From an uncultured Collinsella sp. (GTDB lineage: Bacteria; Actinomycetota; Coriobacteriia; Coriobacteriales; Coriobacteriaceae): a DNA stretch of 58,632 bases. Location of the stretch: positions 1-58,632 of the forward strand of contig URBS01000001.1 in the NCBI GenBank assembly GCA_900546085.1. Reading direction: 5' to 3'. The notes beneath the pieces are model-generated. The model did no database searches, was not told the origin of the DNA, and worked only from the letters and a program-made list of their open reading frames with translations. Shown piece by piece: positions 9,601 to 16,874 of this stretch. A program made the position numbers and the translations under genes. Numbering within the stretch: position 1 is the stretch's first letter; each line of letters begins with the position of its first letter.

Positions 9601-10293
9601 GACGTGCGAATCGGGGGCGAAGGTGACCGATGTGAGAGCGGCGTTTCCCATGCCCCTAAGGCTTACGACATGCTTGCCGTCGATGGTCGAGGGCACCTCC
9701 AACGTGGTAATGCCCGCGTCGCCATACTCGATAGAAATTTCGTTGGTGAGGCTATCAATCGAGAAGTAGTACTGCGCGGGAGTCTGCTCGCCGGCCACGT
9801 AGCCATCGTCGTATTCGTCCTTTACGCCCGTGGCGCCCTTCGAGGTTGCCCAGAGTTCAAGTTCCTCGTTCCAGGTCGCCTCGGTGCCGGAAGCCTCCTC
9901 TTGCTTTTGCTGCTCGGCGAGCTCCTTGCCCTCGACAAGATCGGTGGCAAGCGTACCCGCAGGTGTGCTCTCGGTCTGCCCGGCGCCCGTCAGGCCCGCC
10001 GCCGATGCAATCTCGGAGGCCGGGGGCGTAGGGGTGTCACCGGTATCGGGCACTGTGGGGTCGGCAGCGCCGGCATCGGGCGCGGGGTCGGCAGCGTTGG
10101 CGGCATCGGCATCGGGCGCGGCGTCGGCGGGGTCGGCGGCGTCTACTTGGTCGACATCCGTCTGCACAAAGGTGCTATCGGTGGTGAGTGCCTCAGCAAA
10201 CGCGCCCACAGGCAACGAGCCCGTCACCATGGTGAGGGTCACCGCGGCAATGGTCAGGCGGCGGCAAAGCGCTCGAACAGTAGTCCACCTCAT
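3676..10293 (-). CDS. Giant cell-wall-anchored protein (~2205 aa): BspA-type LRRs, beta-rich domains, helical central region, carboxypeptidase-regulatory/Ig-like and CHB_HEX_C-like domains, LASTG anchor
   Basis: Signal peptide; LRR_5 repeats (IALPDSVEELGWNAF, TLPPSVKTIDYRAFANC, VTIGDGVKSIGALAF); PEPK linker; LASTG + TM helix + KRRKR; start at ATG 10293 with AGGAAAGGA RBS. Confidence 0.85.
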   Translation of the reverse strand: MRWTTVRALCRRLTIAAVTLTMVTGSLPVGAFAEALTTDSTFVQTDVDQVDAADPADAAPDADAANAADPAPDAGAADPTVPDTGDTPTPPASEIASAAGLTGAGQTESTPAGTLATDLVEGKELAEQQKQEEASGTEATWNEELELWATSKGATGVKDEYDDGYVAGEQTPAQYYFSIDSLTNEISIEYGDAGITTLEVPSTIDGKHVVSLRGMGNAALTSVTFAPDSHVRTVGGLGGSSIKEIALPDSVEELGWNAFTGNKTLQTVTWPNNAAFTTIPEQAFEGCEQLDDNVVATLPPSVKTIDYRAFANCGVPQFYVSDTTVLTFTQINVPGTVERIGHYAFDGCSFVSSVTIGDGVKSIGALAFASLDPAIAGKEIVLPKSVEMIEWGAFENTRYGNETNHNAVALRAMNPDLQFGEAGYPGDYNERVTIDGVTYAIPFSEGQTIYAYATDSAGNPSMVKKLADAVADRKDSVDSSKPAYTFEWMGEAAQVTGKLPQSATATLVQAGQSTPLAVGDDGSFTADALSKTAATLRISLSGYYDMVLARPGDQMTGTWNIGEIKAEDFTKIPASRAIELNVGYLEPIVGQDKTERIELDSLDNIDLTVKSGGKTLKPAKGDKENDYRIQGTALVVSQAIADADQDLEITLEPKESLKLGGATATVKPSAGKVDIDLKPWGTVTVTTKGDYQGANRVLVFRTSDGKLVADGVTYLMGYEDDGTTPIMKAETPRLKAGSYTIVAFNKTSYDIQATSYSTFSRLGLTVGKHIAQKQVKIEDGKQLDVTLDVPTFDVETYRAERGLTAGSVIADSSAVVGVETELRIHYELKDSQTAKIEIPLAKDAVEDVSAGSRDPGDSSRTWWTDATWEGDNLVLDMKKGKGADVFVRFKPKAAGIYAVSPLITLGEVTLPLGSTTLEVSGSRIEVDNTDVHSLLGNVAYVYAAPGKSVQLTVGAGASAAKYTGKTNKLGRAKIEYDLPQDTLAAERVMLEARVGSTDVAAAAAEVTARNYVRYVPGASVWNFDVTYRGGTQSLVKDGKDTGKSLWTFHHLPQKKNAYWTFDITLEVGNEEAADTLDLYVDCVDGKTVTIPLTQKSREGTHVRYVAECVDEGYLKLLDEFNKANDSTYVNCGNFEQIFMPQTYRISNAQLMTMLSFDANASAKKHSAAAEERQQEFSNAVQQWHEYMMDNSFNDVDQAFNDAIDQMVADAFAEEEKGGKEDEAQGGAARKARRALAVSDGEGDDAGNDEAAQFAAELKAAVGGSAALLTKQGDSYGVNVDKMIFEDAYGTGEDWYQELASAQGANAADAAAIKELVDHASRAEFIAQQAEDLVGQSMGIGRLNQYGSWNDASAAALNKCAGIKASEYNGQSTSGFNDLGQALGSSLSYKAADDDTVKGFKVAAPDGEQTAYIESEFIENSNNNKNQALLFNSIAMQCDILDNLYDNWNVVHSLNNSTIRGWLMAWKRNGDVSAHMKLIRTIRSLKSYKIECEMFGQVFKTDAWKAAGQAFPSATQGIGIFTGIYGVNDASKNWENVNVRMQKVKGEREGYELQHTRLLAKPEKTEDDWKCIYALRDAMEKARAFEDLLYRQLCHDSTDVAVGSIMTIAGVLTAGSAGTVVGAAYDAASTSVGSERAIKLTNAECAYDVACEQVERACQNRITVNWGELTDAEVYNANKDGLISDEKMQSIFEARYRNVAAKAAPDPAGVVYEGLLSNTVEGATVELWSADDAAGTNAVRWDAEEYEQDNPLATGADGAYNWNTPTGWYQVRVTKDGYEEARSAWLRVPPIQTEVNIGLVSTAAPEVASAHAYTDCIEVEFAQYMDASDDALAALYAQGLGDVTYAWLDKQDDPNGKPLSRVLRIRYADAREAGSTVAFELDGARNYAGTAMARWASGELVVGVRADKLKLNVEQAVTMLEGSDFELVAHVTDRAGKPFAGAKVSVGLESSAICSVDATQAVTGEDGAATFVLHGALPGLTTLTAAVDGTALSKQVDVRVSAEAVRPARPVATIGATTFGAWSPKENYITVPKGTKLELSAEDGTTIWYATNDTCPCRDEGRVKYTEPIALDSNMHVRIAAQRPGMSYSEYSERLNITITVTDEAAPEPKPEPEPKPEPKPTPGSGEQGGGADGSGGTGAPAGGSTSTTTTVTTDKSKGKGENGKKTGGTELASTGDSAAMTVAALGIAGATVAAAGIAATKRRKR

Positions 10294-10353
10294 GGTCGTT
10301 CCTTTCCTGCAAACCAAAAGTCATCCAGCGTAATCGTTGTCCAAAAACAAAGC

Positions 10354-10393
10354 GAACGGTAGGTTCATATATACGAACCTACCGTTCTACCTG
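10354..10393. promoter_or_regulatory. Putative operator palindrome upstream of surface protein 1
   Basis: TAGGTTC-ATATATAC-GAACCTA-CCGT-TCTACCTG; same motif and spacing at 13090-13123. Confidence 0.6.
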
Positions 10394-10398
10394 TGCAA

Positions 10399-10433
10399 AC
10401 CACCACAAAGGGGACAGGCACCTTTGTGGCGGT
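10399..10433 (+). repeat. REP-like hairpin family A, copy 2
   Basis: ACCACCACAAAGGGGACAGGCACCTTTGTGGCGGT. Confidence 0.85.
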
Positions 10434-10454
10434 TCTGGACTTGGCCGGCCAGTT

Positions 10455-10594
10455 TGTCTCAATCTGTAACAGTTAGAGGCCAAATTCCTCGCTACGTGTT
10501 ACAGATCGAGACATTAGATTGGCGGCCATTCGGTTCATCTCAATCTGTAACATCTGGAGCCGTTTTGGGCAGTCTGGTGTTACAGATTGAGATT
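10455..10594. repeat. Second hairpin array (two units, homologous to units 2-3 of the 3421-3640 array)
   Basis: Left arms at 10455, 10536; right arms at 10497, 10578; loop TAGAGGCCAAATTCCTCGCTACG shared with unit 2 of the first array. Confidence 0.9.
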
Positions 10595-10629
10595 TTACTG
10601 AAGCCGAGAACGAGAGCCGTCACCCAGCT

Positions 10630-12990
10630 CTAACGCTTGCGGCGCTTGGTCACGGCGATGCCGGCGGCGGCTACGGTTGCGCCGGCGATGCCTAGGGCGG
10701 CGACCGTCATCGCGGTGGTATCCCCCGTGGTAGCCAGGACAGCATCGCCCTTCTTGGCCTGCGTGGTTTTCTCAACCGTCTTGGTCGTGGCGGTTGTCGT
10801 GGCCGGCTTGGCCGCGGGCTTCACCCCAGGCTGCGGCGTCGGCTTGGGATCCGGCGTAGGCTGCGGATCGGGGGTCGGCGTGGCCTCGGGCGTAAAGGTC
10901 AGATCGGTGTTGAGCCACAGGGTGTAGATCCAACCGCTGTCCTCATCGGATACGCTGTCCGCGACCTGGTAGCCGCACTCCTGGCCGTTGATCACCAGCT
11001 TGGTGTCGGACGTGAAGTAGAAGCCGCGCGCGGACTTGAGGTAGATGCCGTAGCGATAGGTCACGCCAGGCTTAAAGGCGTCGATGTGGTTCGTAATGTT
11101 CTGATCCCAGAAATCCACGGAGTTCACTTCGCTGCCGTCGCTGCCCGTCCAGAACTCACACTGAGGAAGGGAGTTGGAACCCGTCGGAACATTCGCCGTA
11201 AAGACCGGCCTATCGCCCGCCTTGAAGGTGGTCGTGGCGCCGTTGACCTCGATAACGTCGATGGCACGCCATTCGTCGATCGGCTGCTCGCACAGCATAT
11301 TGTCAGCGTTTGGCGCGAAGACGCCGTTGTCGGTCTTGATGTGGTGCGCCCAATGACCGTTGACGTTCATATTGCAGTCATCGGCCACGGTATTGTCGCC
11401 CTTGAGCCTCAGCTCGACGGAATACATGTAGAACTTGCCCTCTTCGAAGTGGTCAATCTTCTTCATGCCCGGCTTGTACTCCGCGGGATCGGAATACCAG
11501 AAGGCGACGGGTACCGACTCCCCGGATTCCATATCGAGCTCCATTTCTTCCCAGCACTCGTAGGCAATCTCGTACTTGTCGGCATCGGCGGCGGGAATCG
11601 TCGCGGTCGCACGCGGCGCCTCGCCGGGCGCGTAGTCGATTTTCACATCGTTGACGTTTAGATTCTCAAGAGCTTCGTTTTCCGACGAAGCAGGCATCGT
11701 AATTGTTTTAATAGCAGGGACATACAGGAATTCTCCGCTTAGACTCGACTTTACGGTTTCCCCGTTTACGGTAACAACGGTTTCATCGCTGAAGGAATAT
11801 CCGTCTTTTGGCTTCAGCATAAGAGAATACACGTACTCTTTCCCGCTTTTAAACTTTGTAATAGTCGGCAGGGAACCATGTGAGCCGTTATCGGAATACC
11901 AGGCAGCAACGGGTTCGTTGTTTTCAAATTCCTGCCAGCATTCATAAGCGATTTCGTATTTATCTGCATCGTAGTTAGGGACACCTGCCGTCGCCTGCGG
12001 ACCAGTATCCAGCTGCCAATTGAAGTTCGTATTCTGAACATTGGCAAAGGAGATGGATTCCGATTCTGATTCCGCTGCCGGGATAACAAGGCACGCCCTC
12101 TCGTAGACATGGGTGCGGGTGTAGTAGTCATCCCGGATCTCGTTAATAGTGGGTTTCCCGGTCGCCTCGGTGTCTCCTTTAAAGGCGTCGTCCGGATCAC
12201 CGATGATGATATTCCCGGGCTCTGTACCCGTATACGTAAGCTTGGATCCATCATAGGTGGTCGTCATCTTGGACTTATTCTCCTTGTACTCCGTAAAGTA
12301 CTTCTGCTCCTCCTTCTGTCTCTGAATCTTGCTGATATCCAGGGTAAGCGTTGTTTTATTGCTCGCACTGTCATACGCCGCATGGACGATCAAGTCCCCC
12401 AGGCCGATAAAAGTCAAAGCGCTACCATCGAGAGCAGACTGGTCTCCATCTACAAGGGCAATCCCCTCCACATACTCAATCGTTTCTTCTTTCTTGATGT
12501 CGGTGTAATTGTTCCGCACCGTAATATTGACCCTAACGCCGCTGCCGCCAACAACATCGGTCACACCGCAGGGCATGATGGCGTCATTCGCCGGCGTGGC
12601 GGCGTTGTCGCTGGGAGTATTTTGCTCAGCGGGTGCCGCATCGTTGGATTCATCGGTGGCGCCAGTCGGGACCGTCTGCTGAGGCTCAACGGTGGCTTGC
12701 GCCGCCGGAGCAGCATCGGTTGCAGGCGCGGCCGAAGCAGCTGGTGCGATCGTTGCAGCCGTATCCCCCGCAACCGTCGGCGTCACCGGAGCTGAGGCAA
12801 CCTCATCCGTCCCAGCGGCGGGATCGGCGCATTCCGTCGCCAGCGCCACACTCGGCAGCAGCAGCTGACCGACCATAAGCGCGCACGCGCCGGCGCAAGC
12901 TATTTTGGCACCCACACAACGCCAGGTACCGTGAACCAGCGAGCAGGTACGCTCGCGCTGGGTTTGCTTTCCAAAGTGGCTTACGCACAT
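10630..12990 (-). CDS. Cell-wall-anchored surface protein (~786 aa) with three ~120-aa internal repeats and LATTG anchor
   Basis: AAGGAGG RBS before ATG 12990; hydrophobic signal; repeats containing DADKYEIAYECW...PVAxWYSD...F..GK.Y.YS; LATTG + TM + KRRKR. Confidence 0.85.
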   Translation of the reverse strand: MCVSHFGKQTQRERTCSLVHGTWRCVGAKIACAGACALMVGQLLLPSVALATECADPAAGTDEVASAPVTPTVAGDTAATIAPAASAAPATDAAPAAQATVEPQQTVPTGATDESNDAAPAEQNTPSDNAATPANDAIMPCGVTDVVGGSGVRVNITVRNNYTDIKKEETIEYVEGIALVDGDQSALDGSALTFIGLGDLIVHAAYDSASNKTTLTLDISKIQRQKEEQKYFTEYKENKSKMTTTYDGSKLTYTGTEPGNIIIGDPDDAFKGDTEATGKPTINEIRDDYYTRTHVYERACLVIPAAESESESISFANVQNTNFNWQLDTGPQATAGVPNYDADKYEIAYECWQEFENNEPVAAWYSDNGSHGSLPTITKFKSGKEYVYSLMLKPKDGYSFSDETVVTVNGETVKSSLSGEFLYVPAIKTITMPASSENEALENLNVNDVKIDYAPGEAPRATATIPAADADKYEIAYECWEEMELDMESGESVPVAFWYSDPAEYKPGMKKIDHFEEGKFYMYSVELRLKGDNTVADDCNMNVNGHWAHHIKTDNGVFAPNADNMLCEQPIDEWRAIDVIEVNGATTTFKAGDRPVFTANVPTGSNSLPQCEFWTGSDGSEVNSVDFWDQNITNHIDAFKPGVTYRYGIYLKSARGFYFTSDTKLVINGQECGYQVADSVSDEDSGWIYTLWLNTDLTFTPEATPTPDPQPTPDPKPTPQPGVKPAAKPATTTATTKTVEKTTQAKKGDAVLATTGDTTAMTVAALGIAGATVAAAGIAVTKRRKR

Positions 12991-13016
12991 AACGGCCTCC
13001 TTGGTCGTAGGGGCAT

Positions 13017-13051
13017 ACCACCACAAAGGTGCCTGTCCCCTTTGTGGTGGT
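13017..13051 (-). repeat. REP-like hairpin family A, copy 3
   Basis: ACCACCACAAAGGTGCCTGTCCCCTTTGTGGTGGT (reverse orientation). Confidence 0.85.
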
Positions 13052-13086
13052 CCTGTACCACCAAGATGTGTCAAATGACTCCGTAC

Positions 13087-13123
13087 GCCTAGGTTCGTAG
13101 ATGCGAACCTAGGCATCTACCTG
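13087..13123. promoter_or_regulatory. Putative operator palindrome between surface protein 2 and the LuxR regulator
   Basis: TAGGTTC-GTAGATGC-GAACCTA-GGCA-TCTACCTG, matching 10360-10393. Confidence 0.6.
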
Positions 13124-13216
13124 CGGTTTAATTCAATATGATTTCGCCATCGCCACACGCGTCCCGGGAACGCTACAATCGAGGACACAATCGTTCGTCC
13201 ATCCAAAGGACCGTCC

Positions 13217-14620
13217 TTGAACCTGAGCAAGCCTAAAATCAACGCGCTTCTGGCACTCGCGCTCTTCACCTTCGCCTTCCTTGCCGCCGAGTTTCGCTTC
13301 GACGTCAACGTCGGGCTGCTCGCCGGTGCCGAACGCGTTGTGATCGCACAGGGCTTTATTCTGGGCGCGAGTGTACTCGGCTTTATCGGATACGCGCCGC
13401 TGCTCGGGCTCGCACAGCGCAAAGGCCACTCATTGGCAGCCGCCAACGCCGCTGTTCCCATCGCCATCCTGGGATTGACCCAAATCCAGTCCCCTACGGC
13501 TCCACTTGCCCTCGAGATCCTGGGCTGCATCGCATTCTTTGGACTCGGACTGTTAGGCGCCGCTGCTCACCACGCCTTTTCGTTGGCATTCCGGGATGAC
13601 CCCAAACTCGCCACCGGCGCGGGAGCGGCCTATGCCGCGGGCATCCTGATGCAGTTCGCCGTCAACCTGCTCAATTGCGGCGGTATCGCAGAGCTTATCG
13701 TTCTCGGCACAGCGACGATCGCCATCTCTGCCCTCAGCGCTGCTCCTCAAAACACAGACACAGCCGCGAACCCCGCCATCAATCCCTTTGTTGAGCCCTC
13801 TCACGCCCTCGCCAAACAGGCATGCTGGAGCATCGCGCTCGTCATGATTCTTGCCTGCTTGTTCTCGACCCTGGACAACGTGGTCACGCTCTCCAATGCC
13901 CACGGCACCATCGCCGTACAAGCCTGGCCGCGCCTCTTTTTGGCGGCGAGCGGCCTTGCCGCCGGTCTTATCTTTGATCTTGCCGAGCGCCGCTACATGG
14001 GACTTGTCATGCTCGGCATCGCCGTGCTCTCGACCATTTCCATCCTGGCCGTGGAGGCCGGCGCCGATCCCAGCCTGGGCCTTGTCGTCTTTTACCTGAG
14101 CTCGGGCTTTTTCGTCACGTTCTTCACCGCCACCTTTACACAGATGGCACCGCGCATGCATGCACCCGCCCTTTGGGCCGGCATGGGCCGCGCCGCCAAC
14201 AATGCATGCGCATTCACTACAGCGGGCATCTCGCTTGCCCTCGTGACCTCGGGCAACGTTGCCCTCATCATGATCGGTGCGCTCGTTTTGCTCGTCGCCG
14301 CCTGTGTGGCATTCGTGGCAGCCGGCTTGTTCCGCCTGCCCCAAACCGAGCAGGAGCGCAAACATCAACAGCTTGCCGAGGAAGCGCTCGCCGCGCCCAC
14401 CGTCGAGGAGCAGCGTCAGGCCTTCATCGCCAACCACGCTCTCACCCCGCGCGAAGTTGACGTGCTCATAGCCGTTACCCGGGACGAACGTCCACTTAAA
14501 CAGGTCGCCGAGGAGCTCGGTATCTCGATGCGCATGGTACAGCGCCACCTGAGCTCTATCTACCAAAAGACCGACACGCAAACGCGCGCCGGTCTCACCA
14601 AGGCCTTCCCCTCGGCCTAA
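13217..14620 (+). CDS. Multi-pass transmembrane LuxR-family HTH transcriptional regulator
   Basis: About 12 hydrophobic helices followed by a LuxR HTH (LTPREVDVL...KQVAEELGISMRMVQRHLSSIYQKT); TTG start with AAAGGA RBS. Confidence 0.9.
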   Translation: MNLSKPKINALLALALFTFAFLAAEFRFDVNVGLLAGAERVVIAQGFILGASVLGFIGYAPLLGLAQRKGHSLAAANAAVPIAILGLTQIQSPTAPLALEILGCIAFFGLGLLGAAAHHAFSLAFRDDPKLATGAGAAYAAGILMQFAVNLLNCGGIAELIVLGTATIAISALSAAPQNTDTAANPAINPFVEPSHALAKQACWSIALVMILACLFSTLDNVVTLSNAHGTIAVQAWPRLFLAASGLAAGLIFDLAERRYMGLVMLGIAVLSTISILAVEAGADPSLGLVVFYLSSGFFVTFFTATFTQMAPRMHAPALWAGMGRAANNACAFTTAGISLALVTSGNVALIMIGALVLLVAACVAFVAAGLFRLPQTEQERKHQQLAEEALAAPTVEEQRQAFIANHALTPREVDVLIAVTRDERPLKQVAEELGISMRMVQRHLSSIYQKTDTQTRAGLTKAFPSA

Positions 14621-14627
14621 AACAAAA

Positions 14628-14660
14628 ACCACCACAAAGGTGCCTGCCCTTTGTGGCGGT
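14628..14660 (-). repeat. REP-like hairpin family A, copy 4 (between convergent genes, may terminate transcription)
   Basis: ACCACCACAAAGGTGCCTGCCCTTTGTGGCGGT. Confidence 0.8.
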
Positions 14661-14669
14661 TTTGGTCGG

Positions 14670-15293
14670 TTAAGCTTCGAGCTGGGCGACTTTGTAGCGG
14701 TAAGCTGCGGCGATGACGTCCTTGCAGCCTTCGCGGCCCAACTTGGCGCGGTTGACGACGATGTCTTTACCGCTCGTCATCTTCCACTTGCCGGCACTGT
14801 AGCGCTTATAGAACGCCTCGCGCGCCTTCTGCTGCTGTTTGACCAGCTTGGCGCCCTTCTTTTTGTTAAGGCCACGCTTCTTGCGCACGATTTCGACGCG
14901 GTCCTCAAAGGGCGCTGTCACCAACACGGCAATGTGATTGGGGTTGTTGCGAAGCAGGTAATCGGACAGGCGGCCTTCGATAATGCAGCTCTCGGTCTCA
15001 CCCAGGTCCAAAATCACCTGGCTCATCTTTTGGAACAGCTTGTCCGAGTACGAACGGGCGTCGTAGCGGTCGGGCAAAAACGCCATGTTCTCCACGGCCA
15101 GGCGCTCGTCGTAGGCGGCCATCTTGTCGAGCGACTCGCCCGCACGCAGCGACGCACGCACCAGCAGTTCGTTGTCGTACAGCGGAATCCCCAACTCGTT
15201 GGCGAGGATGCGTCCGATCTCGTGGCCCTCGGCACCAAAGTCGCGCGCGATGGTAATGACCACAGGACTCTTCTTGTTCTCCAGATCGCTCAT
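14670..15293 (-). CDS. Cytidylate kinase-like family protein
   Basis: VITIARDFGAEGHEIG...LGIPLYD and CIIEGRLSDYLL match the Cytidylate_kin2 pattern. Confidence 0.85.
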   Translation of the reverse strand: MSDLENKKSPVVITIARDFGAEGHEIGRILANELGIPLYDNELLVRASLRAGESLDKMAAYDERLAVENMAFLPDRYDARSYSDKLFQKMSQVILDLGETESCIIEGRLSDYLLRNNPNHIAVLVTAPFEDRVEIVRKKRGLNKKKGAKLVKQQQKAREAFYKRYSAGKWKMTSGKDIVVNRAKLGREGCKDVIAAAYRYKVAQLEA

Positions 15294-15460
15294 CGCGATT
15301 CCTTTCTAACAAATGAGAAAAGGGCTGTTTTTCTCTTATTCCCACGATACCGTACCTGGGTTTTCCTGGTGCCCAAGATTGGCCTGAAAGAGGAGCGACG
15401 CGTACTTTGGTACGCGAGCGACGGTTTGAAGGCCAAGGTTGGGTGCCAGGGAAAGCCAGG

Positions 15461-16099
15461 CTATGCGGCTACGATGCGGCGTTGGTAAGCTCGGACCAGC
15501 AGCGAGATACCAAAGTTGAGCACAAAGTACATCGCAAACACCAGGCCGTAGAGCATAAGCACCTGCGACAGATCGATCGCATGGGCCATCACGACGTTTG
15601 CCGTGTACATGAGCTCGGCCACGTTAATGCCCGAAAGATACGAGCTGTCCTTAATGACGGTCGTGCACTGGCTAAACAGCGCCGGGATGATTGTCTTAAA
15701 CGTCTGCGGCAGAATGATGTAGCGCATGGTGGCAAAAAAGCCGAAGCCTTGGCTCTGCGCTGCCTCAAACTGGCCGCGCGGAATCGAGTTGAGGCCGCCG
15801 CGCACAATCTCGGCCATAACAGCGCTGGTAAACAGCGTAAAGGCGATGGTCGAGATCACGATGTCCAAACCCTGCACTGTAAAGTAGATAAACAGGATCC
15901 ACAGCAGGTTCGGCGTGCAACGGAACAGCTCGATATAGGCGCTCACCAAAATACGGAACGGGCGGGGCGCATAGCTTTTAACAAGCGCCAGCACCGTGCC
16001 AAAGATGAGCGAGAAAAAGATCGACAGCGCCGAGATCTCGATCGTCTTAACAAAGCCGCCCCAAATGTAGAGCAGGTTGGTCGCGTTGAAGATTTCCAT
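15461..16099 (-). CDS. Polar amino-acid ABC transporter permease
   Basis: YIELFRCTP and EIVRGGLNSIPRGQFEAA (EAA loop). Confidence 0.93.
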   Translation of the reverse strand: MEIFNATNLLYIWGGFVKTIEISALSIFFSLIFGTVLALVKSYAPRPFRILVSAYIELFRCTPNLLWILFIYFTVQGLDIVISTIAFTLFTSAVMAEIVRGGLNSIPRGQFEAAQSQGFGFFATMRYIILPQTFKTIIPALFSQCTTVIKDSSYLSGINVAELMYTANVVMAHAIDLSQVLMLYGLVFAMYFVLNFGISLLVRAYQRRIVAA

Positions 16100-16102
16100 G
16101 CG

Positions 16103-16849
16103 CTAGGCCTCCTCTACGTTGTCGAGCCCCAGCTCGGCGAGGCTCACGCCGCGCGGACGCTCCTTGGAGCGGCGCTCGAGCCACTGCACCAGCATGGCGA
16201 GCGGAAAGCAGATGATGAAGTACATAAGGCAGCAGACGATGTATCCCTGCAGGTAACCGTACAGACTCACAAAGTTGTCGGAACGGTACATAAGGTCGCC
16301 GCCGGCCACAAGCGCCAGCACCGACGTGTTCTTGACTAGGTTGAGTGCCTGGTTGCACAGCGGCGGCAGAATGATCTTGAATGTCTGGGGCAGCACGATG
16401 TACCAGTACGCCTGCGCACGGGTGAAGCCCTGGCTCTGCGCCGCCTCCATCTGACCGCGCGGAACCGCCTCGATACCGGTGCGGATAACCTCCGAGATGT
16501 AGGCCGCGTGATACAGGCCCACGCCCAAGAAGCCCAGCACGAACGGCGCGATGCGCACCGGCTGGTCGGCACCGGTTATGGCCTGCAAAAACTGCGGACC
16601 AGCCATGTACATAAAGAGCACCTGCACGGGCAACGGGGTGTTCTGGTAAAACTCCACGTACACGCGGCTTATGGCGCGCAGCACGCGCGAACGGGTGGTA
16701 GAGAACACACCCAGCAGCGTGCCCAGCACCAGCGACAGCAGCAGACCGGCAACAACCACCTGTAGCGTCACGCCAAAGCCCTCCCAGAAGGGCCCCATGT
16801 TTTGAAATGTCGTCGACCAACGGTCGGCGTCAAATAATCCTTCGAGCAT
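16103..16849 (-). CDS. Polar amino-acid ABC transporter permease
   Basis: YVEFYQNTPL and EVIRTGIEAVPRGQMEAA; start MLEGLF with AAGGA RBS. Confidence 0.93.
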   Translation of the reverse strand: MLEGLFDADRWSTTFQNMGPFWEGFGVTLQVVVAGLLLSLVLGTLLGVFSTTRSRVLRAISRVYVEFYQNTPLPVQVLFMYMAGPQFLQAITGADQPVRIAPFVLGFLGVGLYHAAYISEVIRTGIEAVPRGQMEAAQSQGFTRAQAYWYIVLPQTFKIILPPLCNQALNLVKNTSVLALVAGGDLMYRSDNFVSLYGYLQGYIVCCLMYFIICFPLAMLVQWLERRSKERPRGVSLAELGLDNVEEA

Positions 16850-16874
16850 TTGATTCCTTCCTTGGACGATGCGC

